Positions 19,980-28,631 of a stretch of DNA of 64,000 bases are shown here, in pieces (position 1 is the stretch's first letter; every line of letters begins with the position of its first letter). The notes beneath the pieces were generated by a model that was not told the origin of the DNA, did not search any database, and saw only the letters and a program-made list of their open reading frames with translations. The DNA is from Bacteroidaceae bacterium (GTDB lineage: Bacteria > Bacteroidota > Bacteroidia > Bacteroidales > Bacteroidaceae), in assembly GCA_963654235.1 (NCBI GenBank), contig CAVJZR010000001.1:5049-69048 (forward strand). The letters run 5' to 3'. The translations under genes were made by a program, and so were the position numbers.

Positions 19980-20486
19980 ATGAAACCAATCGTCAGCATT
20001 ATTATGGGGTCAACAAGCGACCTGCCAGTGATGGAAAAGGCTTGCAAATGGTTGGAACAACAAGAGATTCCGTTTGAGGTGAACGCCCTCTCTGCACACC
20101 GCACACCGGCTGCCGTAGAGCAGTTTGCCCGTGAAGCACAGGGCCGTGGCGTAAAGGTGATCATCGCCGGAGCAGGAATGGCAGCAGCATTGCCAGGCGT
20201 GATAGCTGCATCAACCACCCTCCCCGTCATCGGCGTGCCTATCAAGGGAATGCTGGACGGCCTTGACGCCATGCTATCTATCATCCAGATGCCTCCCGGC
20301 ATACCCGTGGCTACAGTGGGCGTGAACGGTGCACAGAACGCTGCCATCCTCGCAGCAGAGATGATAGCCTTGGCTGACGAGGACATCGCACGCAAGGTGG
20401 CTGCATGGAAAGCAGGCTTGGGAGAAAAGATCGAGAAAGCCAACGCAGAGCTATCAGCCATCAGCGACTATCGTTTCAAGTGCTAA
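19980..20486 (+). CDS. purE: N5-carboxyaminoimidazole ribonucleotide mutase
   Basis: 168 aa. IIMGSTSD, SAHRTP and IAGAGMAAALPG motifs. Confidence 0.92.
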   Translation: MKPIVSIIMGSTSDLPVMEKACKWLEQQEIPFEVNALSAHRTPAAVEQFAREAQGRGVKVIIAGAGMAAALPGVIAASTTLPVIGVPIKGMLDGLDAMLSIIQMPPGIPVATVGVNGAQNAAILAAEMIALADEDIARKVAAWKAGLGEKIEKANAELSAISDYRFKC

Positions 20487-20509
20487 GCACAGTAAGAGAA
20501 GAGAACAAG

Positions 20510-22408
20510 ATGGTAGATTTATTCAACTATTCGCGTCGCGAGACGAAGGTGGTACATGTGGGTACGCTGGATATCGGTGGTGACAACCCCGTGCGTGTGC
20601 AGTCGATGACCACCACAAAGACGGACGACACGGCTTCCAGTGTGGCTCAAGCCGAGCAGATCATCGACGCTGGAGGCACATTGGTGCGCCTCACCACACA
20701 GGGCAAGAAGGAGGCGGAGAACATGAAAAACATCCGCGAGGCGCTGGACAAGGATGGTTATCGTGCGCCGATCTGTGCGGATGTCCACTTCAACGCGAAC
20801 GTGGCGGACATCGCTGCGCTATATGCGGAGAAGGTGCGTATCAACCCAGGCAACTACGTAGATCCTGCGCGTACGTTCAAGAAGCTAGAGTATACGGACG
20901 CTGAATATGCACAAGAGCTGCAGAAGATAGAAGAGCGTCTGAAGCCTTTCATCAAGATATGCAAGGAGCATCACACGGCGGTGCGCATCGGTGTGAACCA
21001 CGGCAGCCTGTCTGACCGCATTATGTCGCGCTATGGTGATACGCCTGAGGGCATCGTGGAGAGCTGCATGGAGTTTCTCCGTATCTTTAAGAAATATCAC
21101 TTCACCGACGTGGTGGTGTCTATCAAGGCTTCTAACACGGTGGTGATGGTGCGTTCGGTACGTCTACTGGTGGACGCGATGGAGAAGGAGAAGATGCAGT
21201 ATCCGCTGCATCTGGGTGTGACGGAAGCCGGCGAGGGCGAAGATGGACGCATCAAGAGCGCTGTGGGCATCGGTGCGTTGCTCGCTGACGGCATCGGTGA
21301 CACAATCCGTGTGTCGCTGAGCGAAGCGCCTGAGAACGAGATTCCGGTGGCTAAGCACCTGGCATGGTATCTGCGTCGGCACCAAGGGCATCTGATGATT
21401 CCCGCTACGGCATATAAGGGTTTTGATTATCTGCACCCTGAGCGTCGTAAGACTGAGGCGGTGTGCAACATCGGAGGCGATAACGCTCCAGTGGTGATTG
21501 TGTCGCAGCTAGGCGAAGAGCAATCAGCATCAGCTACGGATGCGTCGAAGCCTCGCCCCGACTATATCTATGTGGGGCAGAACGTACCAGAGCATCGGGT
21601 GGAAGGACAGGATTATATCGTCGACTTTAACGTGTTTGCGAAGCTCGCCATGGAGGACGCAAGCAGCGTGGACCACTTGTTCCCTATCTTCCCTTACAAT
21701 GCGATGCCTTACATCGCGGCGGCGCAGGAGACCAAGCCATTGTTCCTCGTGTTGCCGTATGGAGCGCCTTCGGAGGAGTATGTGGCGTGCTTGAAGTCGC
21801 ATCCTGAGGTGGTGGTTGTGGTTCCGACGCAGCATCAGAACCGACTAGGTGATCAGCGCGCATTGGTACACGACTTGATGTGTCACGGACTGAAGAACCC
21901 CGTGGTGTTTGTGGAGCAGTATAAGCACACGGCAGCGGAGCAGTCGCTCTTACAGATAGAGGCGGCAGCGGACATGGGTGCGCTGATGGTCGATGGTCTG
22001 ACGGACGGATTATGGTTGATGAACGACGGTGACATCGCACAAGAGGTGATCAGCGACACGGCTTTTGCCATCCTACAAGCAGGCAGACTGCGTATGGTGA
22101 AGACCGAATATATCTCATGCCCTGGCTGCGGGCGCACGCTCTACGACCTACGCACAACGATAGCACGCATCAAGGAAGCTACCGCGCATCTCAAAGGACT
22201 GAAGATCGGCATCATGGGATGCATCGTCAACGGACCAGGTGAGATGGCTGACGCTGACTACGGATACGTGGGCGCCGGACCACATAAGGTTTCGCTGTAC
22301 CGCAAAAAGGAATGTGTGGAAAAGAATATTCCCGAAGAAGAAGCAGTGGAGCATCTCCTTGCACTCATCGAGAATGATGGAGGCTCACAGGGGTCACAGA
22401 CCCTTTAG
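20510..22408 (+). CDS. ispG: 4-hydroxy-3-methylbut-2-enyl diphosphate synthase (long Bacteroidota form)
   Basis: Start moved to MVDLFNYSRRET (20510) because the listed ORF overlaps purE. VRVQSMTTT motif and C-terminal Cys cluster CPGCGRT...GCIVNGPGE. Confidence 0.9.
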   Translation: MVDLFNYSRRETKVVHVGTLDIGGDNPVRVQSMTTTKTDDTASSVAQAEQIIDAGGTLVRLTTQGKKEAENMKNIREALDKDGYRAPICADVHFNANVADIAALYAEKVRINPGNYVDPARTFKKLEYTDAEYAQELQKIEERLKPFIKICKEHHTAVRIGVNHGSLSDRIMSRYGDTPEGIVESCMEFLRIFKKYHFTDVVVSIKASNTVVMVRSVRLLVDAMEKEKMQYPLHLGVTEAGEGEDGRIKSAVGIGALLADGIGDTIRVSLSEAPENEIPVAKHLAWYLRRHQGHLMIPATAYKGFDYLHPERRKTEAVCNIGGDNAPVVIVSQLGEEQSASATDASKPRPDYIYVGQNVPEHRVEGQDYIVDFNVFAKLAMEDASSVDHLFPIFPYNAMPYIAAAQETKPLFLVLPYGAPSEEYVACLKSHPEVVVVVPTQHQNRLGDQRALVHDLMCHGLKNPVVFVEQYKHTAAEQSLLQIEAAADMGALMVDGLTDGLWLMNDGDIAQEVISDTAFAILQAGRLRMVKTEYISCPGCGRTLYDLRTTIARIKEATAHLKGLKIGIMGCIVNGPGEMADADYGYVGAGPHKVSLYRKKECVEKNIPEEEAVEHLLALIENDGGSQGSQTL

Positions 22409-22446
22409 TCTCGCTGCGGGGTCATAGACCCTTTAGTCTCGCTGCG
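22391..22446. repeat. Two tandem 28-nt units GGGTCA(C/T)AGACCCTTTAGTCTCGCTGCG
   Basis: Units at 22391-22418 and 22419-22446 differ at one base. The first unit overlaps the last ispG codons and its stop. Confidence 0.85.
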
Positions 22447-22586
22447 CCGCAAAGGGAAATGAGCCTTTTACCTTATTATATAAGCACAAAGGGAGATTAG
22501 TGGGCGACGTGTCTCACGTCGCAATCGTCTTGATAGCCATTAAGTGTGCAGTGGGACACTGCAAGCACTACAAGGCTTGTAAAACG

Positions 22587-22632
22587 CAACAGTGCGTTCG
22601 CCGATAAATGAAGTCGGACGAACGCACTGTTG
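22587..22632 (-). terminator. Terminator of the CPBP protease gene
   Basis: Perfect 14-bp stem CAACAGTGCGTTCG / CGAACGCACTGTTG, followed on the minus strand by GTTTT. Confidence 0.7.
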
Positions 22633-22653
22633 GTATAGGGGCTTAGAGGAACG

Positions 22654-23490
22654 TTAATCGTTGGGATGGCGCATGCGCTGAGCCAGTTGAAGAAGGCTGG
22701 GAACAAGGATGCACACAGAGAAGAGGATGCCAAGCCACATCGTGCGGTGGCTGCCATGGAAGAGATCGATGAGTTTGCCATCGGCCATCTGAGGCATAAG
22801 AGCAAACATCAGATAAGCCACGCTGTTGTTGACCCAGTGAACAATGATGCCGGGGACGATGCTTCCTGTACGATAATACATCCAACCAAGGATCAGACCG
22901 ATGAGGAACGCATGGACGCCTTGAGCGAAGTTGAGGTGGATAACGCCGAAGATCAGGGCAGAGATGGCTATCGCCACCCAATGACGACGAGCGCCCGTAA
23001 GGTGTAACAGCACACGCAGGACACCACCACGGAAGACCATCTCTTCAGCTATCGGGGCTAGGACGCCAATGGCAATGTATCCCCACGACTCTTTCATGAT
23101 GCTCTGATAGAGGTTTTGCATATTGGGATCAACGTGCATCTGCATACGTTCGTAGAGCCATTCTAGCGGTAAGATGGTGCCTAGAGCGAGCAACGCTGCC
23201 CAACACAGCACGCCCCAAGGACGCGAGCGGAGGTAGGTGCGGGTGAGCGGAGACCAATGGAGACGGGCAAAGAGGAGAATGGTGAGCAAACTCGAGATCA
23301 CGGTGGTGCCCGCCAAGAGCGCACCTAGTTTGCCTTCTTGTAACTGTAAAAGGATCTGTTGGTAGGTGGTATGCTCCACAAAGGAGTAGACGAAGCTGGC
23401 TGCGAGTTCCACCACAAACTGGATCAGCGCAAAGGTGATGACGAAAAGGATGACATCGAGGATGCCCGTCTTGAGTGTATATTGCTTCAT
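22654..23490 (-). CDS. CPBP-family (CAAX) intramembrane metalloprotease
   Basis: 278 aa polytopic protein with EEMVFRG, FGVIHL and HWVNN motifs. Confidence 0.8.
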   Translation of the reverse strand: MKQYTLKTGILDVILFVITFALIQFVVELAASFVYSFVEHTTYQQILLQLQEGKLGALLAGTTVISSLLTILLFARLHWSPLTRTYLRSRPWGVLCWAALLALGTILPLEWLYERMQMHVDPNMQNLYQSIMKESWGYIAIGVLAPIAEEMVFRGGVLRVLLHLTGARRHWVAIAISALIFGVIHLNFAQGVHAFLIGLILGWMYYRTGSIVPGIIVHWVNNSVAYLMFALMPQMADGKLIDLFHGSHRTMWLGILFSVCILVPSLLQLAQRMRHPND

Positions 23491-24470
23491 TCGTGTAGGT
23501 TGTTGAAATGATTGATTACTTGTTCTTTATCTTGAACCAACTGTTGGCGTAGGGTTTCAACGCTGGGAAAGGTTTGTTCATTGCGTATCTTGCTGTGAAA
23601 CGCCACGAGAAGGAGTTTGCCATAAAGGTCACCCGAATATTGGAAAAGGTGCACCTCTATAGTGGTTTGCTTACCGCCAAAGGTGGGTCGCGTACCGATA
23701 TTCATCATGCCTTGGTACCACGTCATGCCTTGTTGTAGGCGAACTTTCACCGCATAGACGCCCGATTGGGGCACCATCTGATGAATGGAAAGCGGATCGA
23801 GGTTGGCTGTGGGAAAGCCCATACGCCGTCCCTGTTGCTCGCCACCAATGACTCTGCCCACCAAGGTGTAGGCGTAACCTAAGCAACGATTGGCTTGCGC
23901 AATATCGCCTTGGGCTATCAAGCGGCGGCAGACGGACGAGCTCACGGGTTCAGCGCCGACGTTCAGAGCCGGATTTTGCACCACATTGATGCCCAAAGTT
24001 TTCCCATATTCCACATACTGAGGGAATCCTTCCGCACGGTTATGGCCGAAGCGGTGGTCATAACCGATATAGAGTGTCTTGACATGAAGTTGACGAAGGA
24101 GCACGTTTTGCATGAAATCGTATGCCGAGAGGTTAGCCAACGCCTCGTCAAAATGGAGCACAGCCACTGCATCTATGCCGGTACGGGAGAGGAGGATGAG
24201 TTTCTCATCAAGCGTGGTGAGCAGCTCCGGTTGGTAATCGGCATGGAGCACTTGGCGCGGATGACGGTCAAAGGTGATGACCAACGACTGTCGTCCTTCA
24301 CGTTTGGCAGCCTCTACGATATGCTGGATGAGGTATTGGTGACCCTGATGCACACCATCAAAGAACCCGATTGTGGCTACACTGTCAGAAAGATCGTCGT
24401 GGAAATCGTTGTTGAGATATATTGTCTTCAATGCATTTACGTCTTTTGCCACCCCTAACAACCTACCCAT
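23487..24470 (-). CDS. ribF: Bifunctional riboflavin kinase / FMN adenylyltransferase
   Basis: GFFDGVHQGHQ nucleotidyltransferase motif and a C-terminal riboflavin kinase region (GFPTANL). Start moved to M13 (24470) because a minus-strand TAccTTTG box (24504-24511) overlaps the first ATG. Confidence 0.88.
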   Translation of the reverse strand: MGRLLGVAKDVNALKTIYLNNDFHDDLSDSVATIGFFDGVHQGHQYLIQHIVEAAKREGRQSLVITFDRHPRQVLHADYQPELLTTLDEKLILLSRTGIDAVAVLHFDEALANLSAYDFMQNVLLRQLHVKTLYIGYDHRFGHNRAEGFPQYVEYGKTLGINVVQNPALNVGAEPVSSSVCRRLIAQGDIAQANRCLGYAYTLVGRVIGGEQQGRRMGFPTANLDPLSIHQMVPQSGVYAVKVRLQQGMTWYQGMMNIGTRPTFGGKQTTIEVHLFQYSGDLYGKLLLVAFHSKIRNEQTFPSVETLRQQLVQDKEQVINHFNNLHE

Positions 24471-24652
24471 AAGGCGGCAGAAGAGGCGTTCTAGATTCGG
24501 ATGCAAAGGTACTACGTTTTCTATACATAACCCTTTGGAAATACCGTTAAAGAAGAAAAAAAAGCCCGAACAAAGAAAAAATCAATATCATAGCTTCGTA
24601 TTTCTCAGAAAATAATGTTACTTTTGCAGTCGAATTGCACTTGCATTTCACT

Positions 24653-24726
24653 GGACTTGTAGCTCAGTTGGTTAGAGCAACAGACTCATAATCTGGAGGT
24701 CCTAGGTTCAAGCCCTAGCTGGTCCA
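24653..24726 (+). tRNA. tRNA with CAT anticodon (elongator Met or lysidine-modified Ile2; not resolved)
   Basis: Hand-folded cloverleaf: GGACTTG/TA/GCTC-AGTTGGTTA-GAGC/A/ACAGA-CTCATAA-TCTGG/AGGTC/CTAGG-TTCAAGC-CCTAG/CTGGTCC-A. One T-T mismatch in the acceptor stem. TActTTTG box about 30 nt upstream. Confidence 0.88.
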
Positions 24727-24732
24727 CATACT

Positions 24733-24770
24733 ACAGCGACTTACGAGCAGACGTAAGTCGCTGTCTTCTT
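24733..24770 (+). terminator. Hairpin after the tRNA
   Basis: ACAGCGACTTACG (24733-24745) pairs with CGTAAGTCGCTGT (24752-24764), then a T-rich run. Confidence 0.6.
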
Positions 24771-24922
24771 ATAGCGGCGTTACGTAGGAGCCCCCACTAA
24801 AGATACTTTCATATAAGGTTTAAACATGGGTTGTACGTGATTCTATACGCGGAAAAAGTGGCAATATTGCCAAAAAATCTGCGTAAGAACAGAACTATGC
24901 AAATTATATGTATACTTCAGTA

Positions 24923-24986
24923 AATGTAAATGATAAAGCAGAAGGAGCTACATTGCTGTAACTCCTTCTGCTTTATCATTTACATT
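24923..24986 (-). terminator. 25-bp perfect inverted repeat downstream of the RiPP-operon OMP gene
   Basis: AATGTAAATGATAAAGCAGAAGGAG (24923-24947) and its exact reverse complement (24962-24986), with a 14-nt loop. About 35 nt past the stop at 25022. Confidence 0.7.
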
Positions 24987-25021
24987 GGTGCGTGGGATGC
25001 GCTTGTCCCAACGAGGTTTCA

Positions 25022-27280
25022 TCAGAGAGAGATGCCCTTCTCTTGGCTCTTTATCTTGTTCTCATCAATATTGATCTTGCTTTTCTTATTCTTACGCATG
25101 GTCCATCGAACGGTCATGCGAAGTTCTCGGTTCGAATTGACAACATGACTGATACGGTCATATCCATCGACATGGTAGTGCTGATCGTATTTGGTCTTAC
25201 CAAATGTCTGGCTGCTACCGAGAATGAAGATAAGGTCTGGAGTGATGTTATAAGAAACATAGACGGCGCTAGAATATGGACCTCTATAACTTGTTTCTGC
25301 ATAAGGAGTATAGGACTTGTTCTGATAAGAAATATCGCTCTCGACATGGAAGCCCTTATAATTCCACATAACGTAAGCGGACAAGCTAAAATACTTCTTA
25401 CACTTCTCACCTAGATATTTGATTAACCCATATTTGGCTGAAGCCGAAAAGTCCAACGTCTTATAGCTATACGTAGCCGTTTGCGAAACCGAAAAGCCAT
25501 GATAGCTGCCATAGTTCTTATAAGTGGAGTAATAAATGCCTTTGTCGTAATAAGAATAAGGGAGTATGAGGTCCTTTGAATAAACATAATCTACGGACGT
25601 GGAGGAACTGAATCCTGAAACATATATGTATTCCTTAAGACTCAATGAATGGGTTCGCTCTGGAACAAGCAGAGGATTACCACTTGAGAATATCAACGAA
25701 TCGGTAGAAGTGTTGTATGGATTCAACTTATCTATAGCTGGTTGTGAATTGGTCAGTTTATATTCTAACGACGTTTCGGATATTCCTTTTTCATAAGAGA
25801 TGTCCGCTGATATATTAGGACGCAAATACGAGTTCTTTACACCTGCAGAATTGAGGTGCATATAGTCGGCTCCTGCAGACAAAACAGAAGAGAAATCGCC
25901 CAACGACATAGACAAGGCTGTATAGAAGTATTCGTTTAAACTTTTAAACTTAAACTGGTTGGCCAAGCTCTCCTGCTTAATTCTATTAGTGGAGTAGTCG
26001 GTAGCGTTTCCGAAATCTAAAGAAAAGACTTTGCTTATCTCCCACGACAAATCCAGTTCTTGACTTAAGAAATGCCTTTTGGTTGAAAACATATCATCGT
26101 CTTGTATATCAGCTTTGCCTAACTGTTGAACCTCACTATTTGTTTGACTGTTATTATTAATCGTGTATCTAGCAGTGTTCTCTAAGGATAAATTCTTACC
26201 AAACTGATGCTTGTAATACAAAGATGATGTATAGACATGAGACCTAACAACCGACTTCTCATAGGAAGAATACTTCAACGAGTCAGAATTGGCATTGACG
26301 TGCCAACCTTTACTATCTGCGTCAGATGTGCTATGATTGTCATCGCCTTGGAAGCTAACAATGAAATAATCTTTCTTTGTAGGTCTCCACTTGATCATGG
26401 TTTGGTAGCTAAAATCATGGTTTCTGTCGTTTATGGCAGAATTATAATCTCTACTATAATCCGTTGATCGAATGTTTTTACTGGAGGAAGCATGATTATA
26501 ACGTTTCCACGTAGGACCTAGAGTAACATAAAGCGACAACTTGCTATTGCCAACTTCAAAGGTCGGGCCCGTCCATCCTGATTTCCAAGGAAATGTGTTG
26601 CCATACCCTAAGCGTAGATATGTGTAGAGAGATTTGGTCTGTTTCAGATGAATATTAACAATACGCTGGGCACCAGACCTTATGTATTTGGAACTAACGA
26701 CATCTATCACCTCTACCGATTCAATCCTAGACGGAGATATGGGAGAAAGTCCGGTATTCATCTTTGCTCCATCTACTAGGAACAAGATGCTTTTGCCATC
26801 ATCAGAACTTAGGCCTTCATTTATATAATCACTCCGCAACTTCGGAATTTCTTGCAACGCAATGTATGGGTTATTGCTTTTTACAGCATCTTCTGAAAGA
26901 AAGTAGATATGACCATAAGGAGTCTTTATTGGACGCCTATGTCCAACAACCGTAACCGAATCCATGCTTATGGTTGTTTCTTTCATTATGCCGTAATAGT
27001 TATTTTTTTCATGCAAGTCTATACTATCAGTAAGGGTCTCATAACCCAAGCAATGTACAAATAGGGCCACCTTTGCGTCTGGTAAATCATCAATAGCATA
27101 AGAACCCTCACCATCACTACCTCCTATTGCGATCACAGAATCATTAAGCGAAACGATGATTGTTGCCTTTTCAATAGGAGTAAAGTTGTTAGTCAGAATC
27201 TTACCTGACAACTTTATCGATTGGGAAAAAGACAATGCACAATATAAAACACAAAAGACTAGAAATATTGTTCGCTTCAT
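25022..27280 (-). CDS. Outer-membrane beta-barrel protein, TonB-dependent-receptor-like (CarboxypepD_reg-like N-domain + plug-like region + barrel)
   Basis: 752 aa. Signal peptide; N-terminal KLSGKILTNNFTPIEKATIIV...GSYAIDDL fold-type motif; plug-like ALQEIPKL...LVDGAKM...IESVEVI; long alternating beta-strand-like C-terminal region. The ATG is 1 nt after the maturase stop. Confidence 0.7.
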   Translation of the reverse strand: MKRTIFLVFCVLYCALSFSQSIKLSGKILTNNFTPIEKATIIVSLNDSVIAIGGSDGEGSYAIDDLPDAKVALFVHCLGYETLTDSIDLHEKNNYYGIMKETTISMDSVTVVGHRRPIKTPYGHIYFLSEDAVKSNNPYIALQEIPKLRSDYINEGLSSDDGKSILFLVDGAKMNTGLSPISPSRIESVEVIDVVSSKYIRSGAQRIVNIHLKQTKSLYTYLRLGYGNTFPWKSGWTGPTFEVGNSKLSLYVTLGPTWKRYNHASSSKNIRSTDYSRDYNSAINDRNHDFSYQTMIKWRPTKKDYFIVSFQGDDNHSTSDADSKGWHVNANSDSLKYSSYEKSVVRSHVYTSSLYYKHQFGKNLSLENTARYTINNNSQTNSEVQQLGKADIQDDDMFSTKRHFLSQELDLSWEISKVFSLDFGNATDYSTNRIKQESLANQFKFKSLNEYFYTALSMSLGDFSSVLSAGADYMHLNSAGVKNSYLRPNISADISYEKGISETSLEYKLTNSQPAIDKLNPYNTSTDSLIFSSGNPLLVPERTHSLSLKEYIYVSGFSSSTSVDYVYSKDLILPYSYYDKGIYYSTYKNYGSYHGFSVSQTATYSYKTLDFSASAKYGLIKYLGEKCKKYFSLSAYVMWNYKGFHVESDISYQNKSYTPYAETSYRGPYSSAVYVSYNITPDLIFILGSSQTFGKTKYDQHYHVDGYDRISHVVNSNRELRMTVRWTMRKNKKSKINIDENKIKSQEKGISL

Positions 27281-27281
27281 A

Positions 27282-28550
27282 TTATTCTCTTTTAAGTTTA
27301 TTTGTAACCAAATACCTGAAGTATTCCTGTTTGCTTATATTAAGCGACTTCAGATAACATTCTGTATGACCAACTTTAATTTGATTGGGGCAAGGCCCAT
27401 AACAAGAAGGAAACCTTCTGCATGATAAACATTCATCTGGACTTTTCGTGGAGTAGTCATACGCCAGTTTTGATTCATTCCATATTATTTGCCCCGTCTG
27501 AGTATCCAATTTACCATAAGCATTTGTTTGATTAAAATCTGATATAGTTGTACATTTGAAGACTTGCCCGTCATAATTTATAACTGCTTCATTATAGCGT
27601 TCACCAAAACACAATTTTCCTTGAGTATAGTAATCAACACTAAAACCTTCTCCATTGAGTTTTTCAATTGTACTATTGACTATTTCATTATTAATATTTT
27701 CGTGATTTACTTGCCAAACTCTTTTTACAATAATAACAGTTCTACGCCTGTCTAATTCTTTGATTCTAGCCAATATCTCGTCAAAACTTTCTAACGTATT
27801 CTCATCAAAGTTGATTCTAAGGAACAACATAGATGAAGGAATCTTTTCTTGAATCAACTTCATATTCTGAAAAGTCAGAGTAAATAAATCTTTACTCCTA
27901 TCCTTTGTATGCTTTACCTTATTATGTTGTTCTTTATTACCATCAATAGTTATTTGAAATTGACATGATAAATCCGAAAGAAAATCTATGTTCTTTGCAT
28001 CTAGCAAGGTTCCGTTAGTGGTAAAATCAAGATATAACGAAATGCCTCTCTTGATGCAAACATTCTTCGCTCTTTCTATAATATCCTTTATTGCAGGATA
28101 GTTGTAGAAAGGTTCTCCTCCAAAGAAAGATAATTTTAATGTAGAGAAAGGCTCGTTATTACACTTCCAAATGATATGCTTTATAATACCATCAGACACT
28201 TCTTTGCTTATTTTGCTACCTTTATACCTTCGCTCGTAACAATACCAACAAGATAAGTTGCAGTCAAGCGTTGGATTGACAATTAAATGGTAAAGGGATT
28301 TATCATATAGTTCGGTGCTTCTTCTAAATTGTACTATATCTTTTTCATTATAATCATCCTCTACTATGAAATCCATTCTTTTAAGAGAATCCCATAAATC
28401 CTGATATTGCTCTACAGAGCTATTAGGTATGTTTTCATAAAATTCATGACCTTCATGGTCTAAGATAACAATTGCGCCATTAAAATAATTAATGTGTAAG
28501 AAAACGCCATCTTGTATCTCGCAACTATCTTGGTAATATATTTTTCTCAT
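27282..28550 (-). CDS. Radical SAM / SPASM-domain peptide maturase
   Basis: 422 aa. CX3CX2C at DCNLSCWYC. SPASM pattern C-x13-G-x4-C (CFGERYNEAVINYDGQVFKC) and CX2CX5CX3C (CLSCRRFPSCYGPC) plus a trailing Cys. Confidence 0.9.
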   Translation of the reverse strand: MRKIYYQDSCEIQDGVFLHINYFNGAIVILDHEGHEFYENIPNSSVEQYQDLWDSLKRMDFIVEDDYNEKDIVQFRRSTELYDKSLYHLIVNPTLDCNLSCWYCYERRYKGSKISKEVSDGIIKHIIWKCNNEPFSTLKLSFFGGEPFYNYPAIKDIIERAKNVCIKRGISLYLDFTTNGTLLDAKNIDFLSDLSCQFQITIDGNKEQHNKVKHTKDRSKDLFTLTFQNMKLIQEKIPSSMLFLRINFDENTLESFDEILARIKELDRRRTVIIVKRVWQVNHENINNEIVNSTIEKLNGEGFSVDYYTQGKLCFGERYNEAVINYDGQVFKCTTISDFNQTNAYGKLDTQTGQIIWNESKLAYDYSTKSPDECLSCRRFPSCYGPCPNQIKVGHTECYLKSLNISKQEYFRYLVTNKLKRE

Positions 28551-28579
28551 ATAATTGGAAGCGTGTGTTCTTTTATTTC

Positions 28580-28622
28580 AAAAAGTATTTCTCCTTTTTG
28601 TATGGTAGAAGAAATACTTTTT
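28580..28622 (-). terminator. Intra-operon hairpin between precursor and maturase genes (candidate partial terminator/attenuator)
   Basis: 13-bp stem AAAAAGTATTTCT (28580-28592) / AGAAATACTTTTT (28610-28622) with a 17-nt loop, in the 81-nt gap between the two genes. Confidence 0.5.
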
Positions 28623-28631
28623 GAATTGCTA

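Noticed and set aside
24930-25414. Plus-strand ORFs (72 and 140 aa) at the left edge of the island
   Set aside because: They are antisense to the 3' end of the OMP gene and overlap the 25-bp terminator hairpin. They have no signal or motif.
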